A stretch of 64,000 nucleotides of DNA from contig OZ245033.1 of assembly GCA_965224025.1 (NCBI GenBank), positions 352,001-416,000 on the forward strand, in the 5' to 3' direction. A program made the translations under genes and the position numbers. The notes beneath the pieces are model-generated. The model worked only from the letters and a program-made list of their open reading frames with translations. It was not told where the DNA came from and searched no databases. Of the stretch, positions 50,148 to 60,399 are shown piece by piece; positions within the stretch are counted from its first letter, which is position 1; every line of letters starts with the position of its first letter. This DNA comes from Candidatus Multivorans sp. GTDB lineage: Bacteria; Acidobacteriota; Thermoanaerobaculia; Multivoradales; Multivoraceae.

Positions 50148-51050
50148 ATGCGACTGAGACGTTCCGAGCTGGCGGTGCCGGCCAGCAACCCCAGGATGGT
50201 CGAGAAGTCGGCCGGAAGCTCTGCCGACCTCGTCTTCCTCGACCTGGAGGACGCCGTCTCTCCCGACAAGAAGGAGGGCGCGCGCCAGATCGCCATCGAC
50301 GGCCTGAACGATCTCGACTGGGGCAGCAAGGTGCGCTCCGTGCGCGTGAACGACCACACCACCCGCTGGGCCGTCGACGACGTGATCAGCGTCGTCGAAG
50401 GCACCGGCCAGAACCTCGACATCATCATCCTGCCCAAGGTCAAGCAGCCCCGCGACATCTGGTTCTTCGAAACGATGCTCGACGGCCTCGAGCTCAAGCT
50501 CGGCCTTGACCGCAAGATCGGCCTGGAGGCCCTGATCGAGGAGGCCGAGGGCCTCGCCAACGTCGAGGCCATCGCCACCTCCTCGCCCCGCCTCGAAGCG
50601 CTCATCCTCGGCTTCGGCGACCTCTCCGGCAGCATGGGCATGCGCTTCGGCCACGAACTCGACAAGGACTACCGCTATCCCGGCGACATGTGGTCCGCCC
50701 ACCGCGTCCGCATGATCGCCGCCTGCCGCGCCGCCGGCATCGACGCCATCGACGGCCCCTTCGGCGACTTCAAGAACGACAGGGCCTACATGAAGCAGGC
50801 CACCTACGCCGCCACCCTCGGCGCCGTCGGCAAGTGGTGCATCCACCCCAACCAGATTCCCCTCGCCAACGACGTCTTCGCCCCGTCGCCCAGGGAGATC
50901 AAGCAGGCGCAGAAGATGGTCGACCTGTACAACGAGTCGGTGGCGAAGGGAGCCGGGGCCGGCGGCAAGGGCGGGCAGTTGGTGGATGCGGCGACCTTGC
51001 GGATCTATGAGCCGGTGTTGGAGCGGGCGAGGGCTACGGGGCGGTTGTAG
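50148..51050 (+). CDS. CitE / malyl-CoA lyase family CoA-ester lyase
   Basis: RRSELAVPASN, FLDLEDAV, IDGPFGDF, GKWCIHPNQI. Confidence 0.92.
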   Translation: MRLRRSELAVPASNPRMVEKSAGSSADLVFLDLEDAVSPDKKEGARQIAIDGLNDLDWGSKVRSVRVNDHTTRWAVDDVISVVEGTGQNLDIIILPKVKQPRDIWFFETMLDGLELKLGLDRKIGLEALIEEAEGLANVEAIATSSPRLEALILGFGDLSGSMGMRFGHELDKDYRYPGDMWSAHRVRMIAACRAAGIDAIDGPFGDFKNDRAYMKQATYAATLGAVGKWCIHPNQIPLANDVFAPSPREIKQAQKMVDLYNESVAKGAGAGGKGGQLVDAATLRIYEPVLERARATGRL

Positions 51051-51162
51051 GGGCAAGCTGGCGGAAGACACGCGGCTGGTCCCTACCCTGACCCAAACTC
51101 AACGATCGCCTGAGAACCGCAACCGATACGCTAACGACCTCGACCTGCTTAGGAGAACATCA

Positions 51163-51624
51163 ATGAGAAGGTTCTTCGTTGCTCTTGCCATATCGTCGAT
51201 CGGGGTGAACGTCGCATTCGCCCAAGACCGACCCGTTCTTGGCCTGGACGATCTGGTTCCCAAGACGCTCCAGGCACAGATGGGACTTCAGAAACTGACG
51301 TCCCGCGAACGGGAGAAGATCCGCACTTTGTTGGTCGATACGTACTTGAGAGGCGTGGAGGAAGGTAAGCGGCTGTCAGCCGCGCTAACTCCCGGCAGCA
51401 ATTCGAGGTGTGACGTCGAAAGCAGCGTCGATGGTGAGTTCGAGGGGTGGGAAGGCGATACGGTTATCAGGCTGATGAATGGCCAGATATGGGAGCAATC
51501 AGAGTACTACTATGAGTACTCGTACAGCTACATGCCACGTGTGACGATCTTCCAGTCAAGAGGGCAATGCAAGATGCTTGTCGACGGGACCGATGAGCCA
51601 GTAGGTGTCAGACAGATTAGGTGA
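51163..51624 (+). CDS. Secreted hypothetical protein
   Basis: AGGAG RBS, signal peptide, GEFEGWEGDT...NGQIWEQ. Confidence 0.75.
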   Translation: MRRFFVALAISSIGVNVAFAQDRPVLGLDDLVPKTLQAQMGLQKLTSREREKIRTLLVDTYLRGVEEGKRLSAALTPGSNSRCDVESSVDGEFEGWEGDTVIRLMNGQIWEQSEYYYEYSYSYMPRVTIFQSRGQCKMLVDGTDEPVGVRQIR

Positions 51625-51693
51625 CGAAGTAAGACTCGACGTCCTCTCTGCTCGCTAGACCGGCCCTTCACAGTGCTCCCGATACGCACACTT

Positions 51694-52956
51694 CTAGTTC
51701 CGTTTAGTGACGCTGAATGAGCCACTGTCCGACACGGTGCAGTTGACTGTGGACCAAGTGCCCCGCAACGACGAACCACGGAGCGTCGCCGCCACTGCCT
51801 GCAGACAGCTGGTCGGATCTGCTGGGTACAACGTCACTGAAACCGCGGAGCCGGTGACCGTACCACTGAGCGTACCCGAGTTGGTGCCCACCGATGGGTA
51901 GTTGACGGACCACGTACCCGAAAGGGACGAGCCAACCTGAGTGATGGTCGCCCTTACCGATCCGACGACGGAAGTCTGCGTGCTTGTCGCCGAGCCGGTC
52001 CATGTACCAGTGAGCGGCGGAGCCAAGATGACCACGCGTACACCGGTGGAGCAGTTGTTGTTCGTATCGGACTCGCCCGACACGGAATCGACACAGGCAC
52101 CGAGGTACGACGTACCGGGGCGTGACGACACGAGTTGAATCGTCTTTCGGCTCGTACCCGAGGCGGGGAGGGCCGCCACGACATCGCTGCTGATGAACTC
52201 ATCCGAATCGCTGATCGTAGAGTTACTCGAGGAGTAGTAGCGTATCGTGGTGGATGAAGCAGCCCCGTCACCCGCGTTTCGCACCGTGGCACGAAAGGAG
52301 AAGGACTGGTCGGTGACGGGACTCGGGTCGCTGACCGACGGGGACTGAACTACCAGGTCCGGAGCACCGCCCGCGCCGCCGTTGTCGTCGTCGCCGTTGC
52401 CGCCCCCGGTCTCGTCGGAGCAACTGAACGCTCTGAGGTCGCTCTTAGTCGCAGCCGTCCGGCCCTGCTCATTGCTGTGCGTCCAGCGTCGGCCGCCGGG
52501 GCCTATGATCCAGAGATTGAACTCGAGGGTCGTGACCGGCGCGACAAAGGCCCAACGATGGCCGTTGTTGGAACAGCCGTTCAGCACCTTGACCAGCACC
52601 TCAGCGTTGCCCCGATCGAAGAACCAGAGGATGCCGGACTGACCTGAGGCCCAGACGCCGGACTTAGCCTGGCCCACCTGCCCTTCCGGCGTGCGGTAGC
52701 ACATGCTGACCCGGTAGCCGCCGTCAAACTCCAGCGCTGTCGTCGTCGGCGTGCAGTTGGAAACGGTGGCCTGCGGAATGGAGGTTCTTGCCTCCTCCGT
52801 ATCGGTACGGAGGCCAGCGTCGCGGATGGGTGACTGGTGCTCGTGAACGGTCTCTCGCGAGCCGTTCGCTGCATCGGTTTATGCAGAGGCGACGGCCACA
52901 AAAGTGGCGAGAGAAGCGGGCAGTATGGTGAAGACGGCGATGGCAATCGGGCGCAC
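51694..52956 (-). pseudogene. Secreted CARDB-domain protein with nonsense codon at 52879-52881
   Basis: In-frame signal peptide ending AVASA then TAA. Downstream WFFDRGNAEVLVKVLNGC module and PDLVV...ESDTNNN CARDB domain. Confidence 0.7.
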
Positions 52957-53159
52957 GAGGAACACTCCTCCGAATCGGAAAGCACCGACTCCGGGATTGG
53001 AGTCGAGCTGTTGTGATCCCCGCGCGGTCTGACGAGAGCACGAAGTTCTCTCCTATTGGTCCTAGGTTCGGGGAGCTACGCCAACCCGCAAGGTGAGGTG
53101 GTCCCGGAAAACTGGACAGGTGGCTAAGGTGTACTCCTCGACCTAGAGGAGGAGCCAGG

Positions 53160-53441
53160 ATGAAGAGGAAGCGTCGGAAGTTCACTGCGGCTTTCAAGTC
53201 GAAGGTGGCGCTTGAGGCGCTGCGTGAGGAGAAGCCGCTCGCGGCGATCGCATCGCGGCACCGGATTCACCCGAATCAGGTGAGCAGTTGGAAGCGGAAG
53301 GCGATCGAGGGGATGAGTGAGACCTTCTCGGCCGGGCCGGAGCGGCGCCGGGACCACGAGGAGGAGATCAGGGACCTGCACGCGAAGATCGGGGAGCTGA
53401 CGATCGAGCGGGATTTCTTGTCCAGGGGGCTCGGGCACTGA
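53160..53441 (+). CDS. IS3 transposase OrfA
   Basis: FKSKVALEA...HPNQVSSWK...IGELTIERDFL. Confidence 0.92.
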   Translation: MKRKRRKFTAAFKSKVALEALREEKPLAAIASRHRIHPNQVSSWKRKAIEGMSETFSAGPERRRDHEEEIRDLHAKIGELTIERDFLSRGLGH

Positions 53442-53461
53442 GCCGGACCGAGCGCCTGCGG

Positions 53462-54328
53462 ATGATCGAGCGGGAGACGGGTGACGTGAGCTTGAGTCGG
53501 CAGTGCCGTCTGCTCGAGATCAGCCGTTCCTCGCTGTACTACCGGCCCAAGGGCGAGAGCGCCGAGACGCTGGCCCTGATGCGCAGGATCGACGAGCTGT
53601 TCCTGCTGTACCCGTTCTACGGTTCGCGTCAGATGGTCCGCCACCTTCGCCGAGAGGGCGTTCGGGTCGGTCGTCACCGGGTGCGGCGTCTGATGCGGTT
53701 GATGGGTATCGCGGCGATCTACCGGGCGCCGCGGACCAGCAAGCCTCACCCGGAGCACAAGGTCTATCCCTATCTGCTCAGGGGGCTTTCCATCGAGCGT
53801 CCGGATCAAGTCTGGTGCTCGGACATAACGTACATTCCGGTGCGCGGCGGGTTCCTGTACCTGGTGGCGGTCATGGACTGGGCGAGCCGTCGGGTGTTGT
53901 CCTGGCGGCTGTCGAACAGCCTGGACGCATCGTTCTGCGTCGAGGCCTTCGCCGAAGCCCTCGACCGGTACGGCAAGCCGGACATCTTCAACACGGATCA
54001 GGGGAGCCAGTTCACGAGCGGCGACTTCACCGGTCTTCTCGAGAACGCGACGGTGAAGATCTCGATGGACGGCCGGGGTCGCTTCCTCGACAACATCTTC
54101 ATCGAGCGCCTGTGGCGCTCGCTGAAGTACGAGGCGGTCTACCTGAACGAACTCGTCGACGGCATCGAGGCGCGGCGGGTGATCGATGGGTGGCTCGCCT
54201 TCTACAATGAGGAGCGGCCACACACGGCGCTCGGCGGCAGGACACCTGCCGAAGCCCACCGCGGACTAATGGGCATTCCGCAGAATCGAGAGTTTTCCAC
54301 AGCCCCGGCGACGGCGGCTGCGGCGTAA
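53462..54328 (+). CDS. IS3 transposase OrfB (DDE)
   Basis: WCSDITY, NTDQGSQF, ERLWRSLKYE. Confidence 0.93.
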   Translation: MIERETGDVSLSRQCRLLEISRSSLYYRPKGESAETLALMRRIDELFLLYPFYGSRQMVRHLRREGVRVGRHRVRRLMRLMGIAAIYRAPRTSKPHPEHKVYPYLLRGLSIERPDQVWCSDITYIPVRGGFLYLVAVMDWASRRVLSWRLSNSLDASFCVEAFAEALDRYGKPDIFNTDQGSQFTSGDFTGLLENATVKISMDGRGRFLDNIFIERLWRSLKYEAVYLNELVDGIEARRVIDGWLAFYNEERPHTALGGRTPAEAHRGLMGIPQNREFSTAPATAAAA

Positions 54329-54390
54329 TCAACACATGGAGTACACCTTAGCCCGGCCTCGAAACTGTCCAAAGGACCGGGACCACCTCA

Positions 54391-54821
54391 CTCACCCGGC
54401 TGTACCCGCCCTCGTAGCCCGCCGCCCGCACCTCGTCGAACAGGCGCTTCGCCGACAGCTTGGGGAACTCCTCCAGCCGAACCACGATCAACTCCTTGTA
54501 CGGGTCCAGCTTGTGCGGAGCCCGAGGCCGCGGCGAGTACCGCGCCACGCCCGACGACAGGTCCAGGTCCAACTGGCCCGACTCGATCCATCTGTGCATC
54601 GTCCGTCGGCTGACGCCGAAGCGCCTCGACAACTCCACCTTCGAGATCCCCTGCTCCAGGTAGTGCCTCAGCAGCATCCTCGTCTCCCATCCGTGCATCT
54701 GCGCGTCGCTCCATGGCTGTTGGCGAAGCCAGCAGTATCGAACGACGAACGACCTCCGACAAACCGCAGAGTGTGCCGTTTTCGGTTGCCACGAACAGGA
54801 CATTTACAGTTGCCCCCAACA
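54391..54821 (-). mobile_element. istA: IS21 left-end remnant with truncated istA (ATG 54698)
   Basis: End TGTTGGGGGCAACTGTAAATG with internal repeat GCAACCGAAAACG. HTH, KLDPYK and GYEGGYS cut at the IS3 end. Confidence 0.85.
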
Positions 54822-55120
54822 ACTCTCTCACAGTCCCCACCGGACCCTCCGTTCGGCCCGTCGCAATCATCACGCCGCGGTCGATCTGCTGCTCGATGTG
54901 CTCGGTTAGCACGCTATCCGGGCGGAATGCCCCTCACTCCTTCGTCAACTACAGCACCATGTCGCCGGCAGCGACGACCACGGGCGGAAGCGGCGGGCCG
55001 GCGCGGTAGCCATAGGACGGGCCGAGGTAGCGGAGGCCGTGCTCGGTGAAGGCGAGCCCGGCGGACGGAGAGGGTTCGCCAACCGCCGAGGCGTTCGCCC
55101 ACGACGTCGATTGCCTGCTA
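54822..55120 (-). pseudogene. Decayed copy of the 3' part of the aldolase-like gene at 62709
   Basis: Fragments QAIDVVGE, LAFTEHG, VVAAGDM and EQQIDRGVMI, with stops, frameshifts and an internal deletion. Confidence 0.8.
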
Positions 55121-56653
55121 CTACGGCTCCCCCGCAAACCGCCCAACAATCGCCCGCCCCGGCGCAACCCCCTCCACCGTCTCACCATCCCGCACCACGA
55201 ACACACCGTTCACCATCGTGTGGAGGATCCCCTCCGAGAACGACAGCCCGCCCTCGAACGTGGCGGTGTCGATCACCGTGTCCGGGTCGAAGACGACGAT
55301 GTCCGCGTCGGCGCCGACCTGGATCCGGCCCTTGCGCCTCATCTGCTCGGACATCGAGGCCACGCGGTCGGCCGGCAGGAGGGTCATCTTCAACAGGGCG
55401 GTCATCAGGTCGAGCGTGCCCCTTTCGCGGACGTAGCGGCCCAGGACCCGTGAGTAGGTGCCGGCCGTTCGGGGGTGCGCCTTCGGGGCGTAGGGCATGC
55501 CGTCGGAGGCGACGATCACCCAGTCGTTCCCGAGCGCCGTCTCGATCCACTCTTCCTTCATGAAGTGCAGGATGACCGTGCCCCGCTCGCGGCGGTAGCG
55601 CTCGAAGGTCTCCCTGGTCAGCCTCTCCCCCGTCGCCTCCCACTGGAGGCCGCCGTAGTCGATGCCCAGGCAGCCTTGCCAGCCCTCGTCGAAGATCGAG
55701 CTGTGGAGGCTGGTCGAGCCGGCCGTGTAGGGGTAGGCCTCCGTCGTCACGTCGAGCCCCAGGCGGCGCGCGCCGCCGATCAGGTCGAGCACCGTGTCGA
55801 TCTCGCCGAGGGCCATGCTGTTCACGTGCACGATGTGCAGGGGCGCCCCGGTAGCGACCGCGTTGGCCAGGACTTCCTGCATCGCCTCGATCGTCATCGA
55901 ACGGACGTGGGTGTGGATGGTGGCCCGCTTCTCGCCGGCGAACCGGAACACCTCGACGATCTCCCGGCGGCTCGCGCCGGGGTAGTACTGGACGGCGAGG
56001 CCGATCCCCAGGGCGCCTTCCTCGAGTCCCTGGTCCAGACGCTCCAGCATGGCGGGGAAGCGGTCGGGCGGCAGCTCGGAGTAGTACGTCCTGTCCGCGG
56101 CGTCGCGCTCGGCGCTGAGCGGCTCGTCGGCGGAGCTGGCCGCCGTGAAGGCCGCCTCGAGGTCCGCCCGTTCGTCCTGCGGGACGATCTCCAGGCCCCT
56201 CAACGCGCCGTGGTTGACCGTGGCGCCGTAGTTGACGAGCGACTTCCCCCGCCTGGCGTCCAGGAACGCCCCCACGTCGGCGACGCCCCACTCCAGCTCG
56301 AGCGCGGTGGTCACGCCGTCCCTTGCCTGGTACTCGCGCGACGCCGGGCCCTGGCCGTGGGCGTGGAGGTCCACGAAGCCCGGCGCCAGGACCAGCCCGG
56401 CAGCGTCGATGAGGACGCCTCCGTCGGCGAGGGACCCGGCGAGGGGTTCCTCCGTCAGGGCGGTGATGACGCCGCCGCGGATGCCCACGTTTCTGATCTC
56501 GTCGAGTCTTCGCTCGGGGTCGATGACGCGGGCGCCCTGGAAGACGATGTCGAACTGCTGGGTCGCGGCTTCGTCCGTCCCGTCGGTCGCTCCGTTGCAA
56601 CCCGCGACGAGGACCGCCGCGACGAGCCCCGACACGATGAAACCGCTCCTCAT
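55121..56653 (-). CDS. N-acyl-D-amino-acid deacylase family amidohydrolase, lipoprotein
   Basis: PGFVDLHAH, EAYPY, ASDG, HPRTAGT, GADADIVVFDP; LVAGC lipobox. Confidence 0.9.
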   Translation of the reverse strand: MRSGFIVSGLVAAVLVAGCNGATDGTDEAATQQFDIVFQGARVIDPERRLDEIRNVGIRGGVITALTEEPLAGSLADGGVLIDAAGLVLAPGFVDLHAHGQGPASREYQARDGVTTALELEWGVADVGAFLDARRGKSLVNYGATVNHGALRGLEIVPQDERADLEAAFTAASSADEPLSAERDAADRTYYSELPPDRFPAMLERLDQGLEEGALGIGLAVQYYPGASRREIVEVFRFAGEKRATIHTHVRSMTIEAMQEVLANAVATGAPLHIVHVNSMALGEIDTVLDLIGGARRLGLDVTTEAYPYTAGSTSLHSSIFDEGWQGCLGIDYGGLQWEATGERLTRETFERYRRERGTVILHFMKEEWIETALGNDWVIVASDGMPYAPKAHPRTAGTYSRVLGRYVRERGTLDLMTALLKMTLLPADRVASMSEQMRRKGRIQVGADADIVVFDPDTVIDTATFEGGLSFSEGILHTMVNGVFVVRDGETVEGVAPGRAIVGRFAGEP

Positions 56654-57090
56654 CCCGACGTCTCTCGCAGGGGGTTCTTCCATCGAAGGCCCTCGAAGCG
56701 CGCGAAGTCGCCGTCACAGGACACCAGCGTCGCGTCGTGGGTGATGGCGCACGCCGCGAGGTGCGCATCGGTTGTCAGATTCCCGGCCGTTCCCGTGTAG
56801 TCGAGCAGACCCCGTAGCGCGGGCCAGTGGTCGGCTTTCTCCGTGACGACCGTGACGACATGCGCGTCCAACCACTGTTCCACTCTGTCGAGCGCCTCGT
56901 CGACCGGCAACGGCGCCGGGAACACCCGCGGGTTTGTCGCTATCCGGACAAAGCCCAGCAAGACGATCCACGGCAGACCCACCGTCTCGTCCCCGTCCAG
57001 CGCATCCTCCAACCAGGAGCGGACCGGCTCGTGGTTCTCGGCGTCCTCGTTGACGGAGTACAGAAGGACGTTGACGTCGACGATCATCAT
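56650..57090 (-). CDS. vapC: VapC PIN-domain toxin
   Basis: IVDVNVLLY, GNLTTDAHLAA, DGDFARF. Confidence 0.93.
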   Translation of the reverse strand: MMIVDVNVLLYSVNEDAENHEPVRSWLEDALDGDETVGLPWIVLLGFVRIATNPRVFPAPLPVDEALDRVEQWLDAHVVTVVTEKADHWPALRGLLDYTGTAGNLTTDAHLAACAITHDATLVSCDGDFARFEGLRWKNPLRETSG

Positions 57091-57097
57091 GGGGCTG

Positions 57098-57361
57098 TCA
57101 TTTCCTCACGGAGAGCTTGCGGACGATCTCTTCATCCTCGAGCGCAGCGGCGAGCGAGAGCGCCTTGTCCAGATCGACCCGGGCCCGGCCCATGCGCGCG
57201 GTTGCCTGTCGAAACCTCGGCCGGCGGGCGGCCGCCGTCTCCGCGGCCAGGCCGGACCGCAACAGCCGGTTCAGCATGCGAGTCATGCTCAGGCCCTCCT
57301 CCTCGGAGCGAGTGCGCAGTGCCTCCATGAGGTTGTCGTCTATCCGCACCGTACTCCGCAT
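57098..57361 (-). CDS. vapB: VapB antitoxin
   Basis: MRSTVRIDD RHH-like N-terminus; directly upstream of vapC. Confidence 0.85.
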   Translation of the reverse strand: MRSTVRIDDNLMEALRTRSEEEGLSMTRMLNRLLRSGLAAETAAARRPRFRQATARMGRARVDLDKALSLAAALEDEEIVRKLSVRK

Positions 57362-57469
57362 GATGTCATCGCCTCCATGCTTGTGATGCCGTGACATCAC
57401 CAGTTGTTCGCCAGATTGTCAAGCGTGGCGCATGGAACTGGCCGTGGGCATGGATGTCCAACCCCCAAT

Positions 57470-57589
57470 CCGCCCGATGGTATACACGACCTCACGGAAG
57501 GCCTCATCCGGCGGGGTTACTCCGATGCCGACATCCGAGGCATCCTGGGCGGCAACTTCCGCCGCGTTCTTGAGGAGATCTGGGGATGA
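57470..57589 (+). pseudogene. C-terminal remnant of a membrane dipeptidase (M19)
   Basis: DLTEGLIRRGYSDADIRGILGGNFRRVL; no N-terminus. Confidence 0.7.
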
Positions 57590-57624
57590 GACAACTGCAC
57601 ATCGCGGCGGGGTTGTAGCTCGAC

Positions 57625-59166
57625 ATGCGCAAGGCAGTCGTTCCCCTTGTCGGCTTCCTGGGCCTGGCGGCTCTGGGCTGCGGCACCGTGCAGTTCGCGC
57701 GAGCGCTCGCGCAGGCAGGCCAGGCGGCCCCCGATGCCGCCGGCGCCGTCCACACCGTCTACTACCGGGCCGGCGAGGGGTTCGTCCCGGCCCGCGTCGA
57801 CTTGGAGACCGGGGACCGGGTCGTCCTGGTCAACGAATCCGGCGAACCGCTGACTCCCCTGTTCGCCGGCCGGCACGACCACGGCCACTCCGGGGGCGCA
57901 ACGGACGCTGACGCCGACCACGGCGCTCACAACGACCACAACGACCACGCCCCGACCACGGATCCCGGCGTGCCTGCCTGGGAAGCCCGCCCCGGTGAAT
58001 CGGGCAGCGGCCGATGGGAGCACTCGTTCGATGTCAGCGGCTACTGGCGCTTCCACAACGAGTTGAATCCCGACCACGCCGGCCTGGTCGTGGCGCTCTC
58101 GGGGTCGGACGCTCAACTCGAACCCCTGGTCATGGAACACCACGAGCACTCCTTTCCCGACCCGCCCCAGCCGACCGTCCAGGAGTACGCGGAGATCCTC
58201 CAGGATCGCGAGGCCCTGCGGAAGTACATGGTGACGTACGGCCCGGAGAACGCGCTGGAGGCGCTGCGGCGAGCGAAGATCCAGACCGGCATGGACTGCC
58301 ACCACAGTGCTCATCACCTGGGGCGGATGGCTTTCGCCGAGTACGGGCCGCCGGCTTCCGCCGCCGTGGCGGATGCCTGCCAGTCCGGGATGCGCCACGG
58401 CCTGATCGAGCAGCTCTTCGTGACTCGCGGCATAGCCAACCTCGCGGAAGACGTCGACTCGATCTGCCCCCCGGAGGGTCAGGCGTTCTCCCGCTACCAA
58501 TGTCTCCACGGGGTCGGCCACGGCGTGATGGCCTGGACCGCCTACGAACTCGAGGACGCGCTCGAACTCTGCGAACTTCTCGACGACGACTGGAGCCAGC
58601 GTTCCTGCTACACCGGCGTGTTCATGGAGAACGTGGCCGGGGGCCTCTCCGCTAGTGGTCGGTCCTCCCCCTACGTGGATCGGGAGGACCCCCACTATCC
58701 CTGCAACAGCCTGCCCGAGCGCCATGTCGATGACTGCTACTGGTACCAGACGTCACAGATGCTCCGCGTCTTCAACCATGATCTGACGCGGGGCGCGCGA
58801 GCCTGTGCGGAGGCCCCTCCGGCCGGCCGCAGGGCATGTTTCGGAAGCTACGGGCGGGACGTGAGCGGCATCTACCGGACCAGCCCGCACCGCATCGTCC
58901 AGTTCTGCGACGAGGCCCCCAGCAGCCTGTTCCGGGGTGACTGCATCGACGGGGCCGCGCGAACGCTGTTCTGGGATGCGACCCAGCAGGGAATCGGCCT
59001 CATGCTGTGCGAAACCGTTGAGGACCGGGTGATCGCCGACACCTGCTACGAGTCCATCCTCCTCCAGGCCCACTCGGTTCTCCCGAGAGCGGAGCTCGAA
59101 CCGTTCTGCCGCCAGGTGCCTGACCATTGGCAGGACCGGTGCCGGCAGCCGCTGGCCAGTCCCTAG
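57625..59166 (+). CDS. Exported cupredoxin-like protein with Cys/His-rich helical repeats
   Basis: FVPARVDLETGDRV...WRFHNEL domain with His-rich insert; CHHSAHHLG, CQSGMRHG, CLHGVGHG, CYTGVFME. Confidence 0.75.
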   Translation: MRKAVVPLVGFLGLAALGCGTVQFARALAQAGQAAPDAAGAVHTVYYRAGEGFVPARVDLETGDRVVLVNESGEPLTPLFAGRHDHGHSGGATDADADHGAHNDHNDHAPTTDPGVPAWEARPGESGSGRWEHSFDVSGYWRFHNELNPDHAGLVVALSGSDAQLEPLVMEHHEHSFPDPPQPTVQEYAEILQDREALRKYMVTYGPENALEALRRAKIQTGMDCHHSAHHLGRMAFAEYGPPASAAVADACQSGMRHGLIEQLFVTRGIANLAEDVDSICPPEGQAFSRYQCLHGVGHGVMAWTAYELEDALELCELLDDDWSQRSCYTGVFMENVAGGLSASGRSSPYVDREDPHYPCNSLPERHVDDCYWYQTSQMLRVFNHDLTRGARACAEAPPAGRRACFGSYGRDVSGIYRTSPHRIVQFCDEAPSSLFRGDCIDGAARTLFWDATQQGIGLMLCETVEDRVIADTCYESILLQAHSVLPRAELEPFCRQVPDHWQDRCRQPLASP

Positions 59167-59218
59167 GGACGCATCTCGATGAACCACTCCCCCACAACAC
59201 CGCTCCGGCGCGCGCCGC

Positions 59219-60382
59219 TCGGGCCTGCCCAGGCACGACCTGTACTGGCTGGCCACGGGCAAGAGCCGCGCCGAGCTGATGGCCGGTCTCCACCGCCTGG
59301 AGCCGTCCGCCTCCTTCAGGAGCAAGTACCAGTACCAGAACCTGATGTTCCTCACCGCCGGCGTGGTCGCTGAACGGATCGGCGGCAAGTCCTGGGAGGA
59401 GCTCGTCGAGGAGCGGATCTTCCGCCCCCTCGGCATGGAGCGGGCCAACTTCTCCGTCGACCGGATGCAGCAGGACGACGACTTCTCCTACGGCTACGGC
59501 GCGGAGCAGGAGATCGAGCGGGTGCGCCGCGTACGCCGAGTGCCGTTCCGCAACATCGACGCCATCGGGCCCGCCGGTTCGATCAACACGTCCGCCCGGG
59601 AGCTCGCCCGCTACGTGCTGTTCCACCTCGCCTACGGGAAGGTCGGCGACACGCAGCTCCTGAAGGAGGAGTCGGCGAGGCTCATGCAGCTACCGCAGAT
59701 GGTGATGACCGGGCCGCTCCGGGAGCGGCTGAAGGATGGCCCGGAGATCAGCGATCCCACCTACGGGCTGGGCCTCATGGTGGGCGGCTACCGGGGCCGC
59801 AAGCACATCAGCCACGGGGGCGGCATCGACGGCTTCATCTCCGCGATGGAGTGGCTGCCCGACGAGCAGATCGGCGTCGTCGCGCTCTCCAACACGTCGC
59901 ACACCGGGACGGTGCCCGCGCTCGTCGTGCGCAACGCGTTCGACCGGTTGCTCGGCCTCGAGCCCATCGACTGGGCCGCCAGGGCGCGCAAGCGCGAAGC
60001 CGAAGCGAAGGCGAAAGTCGAGGAGGCGAAGAAGGCCGATCTCGCGGCGGCGGTGGCGGACACCAGTCCGTCGCACGCGCTCGCCGACTACGCCGGCGAC
60101 TACGAGCACCCCGGCTACGGCAAGGCCTCCGTGCGAGTCGCCTCCGTCCGAGGCGATGATGACGGCCTGGTCCTCGACGTCGTCGGCATCGAGATTCCGC
60201 TCCAGCACTACCACTACGACGTGTGGAGCGTCCCCTACGGCCTTCCCGACGACCGGCTCGCCTCGGGATTCGGCGGGCTCAAGGTCCGCTTCGACTACGA
60301 CGACGCCGGGGCGATCAACGCCGTTTCGGCGCCGCTCGAGCCGGCCATCCCGCCCATCCGCTTCGAGCGCGCCGGCGACTGA
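59219..60382 (+). pseudogene. 5'-truncated serine hydrolase (beta-lactamase family) with DUF3471
   Basis: Begins at SGLPRHD; has YQN, HGGGIDGF and YEHPGYG but no SxxK nucleophile segment. Confidence 0.75.
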
Positions 60383-60399
60383 CCCCCGAGGCACCCACG

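Larger units (their letters stand above)
53094..54390 (+). mobile_element. IS3 family IS
   Basis: TG...CA ends; IRs TGAGGTGGTCCCGG(N5)TGGACAG plus inner GGCTAAGGTGTACTCC; no target duplication. Confidence 0.92.

Noticed and set aside
52966-53093. Riboswitch upstream of the CARDB gene
   Set aside because: Only isolated short hairpins; no consensus recognised.
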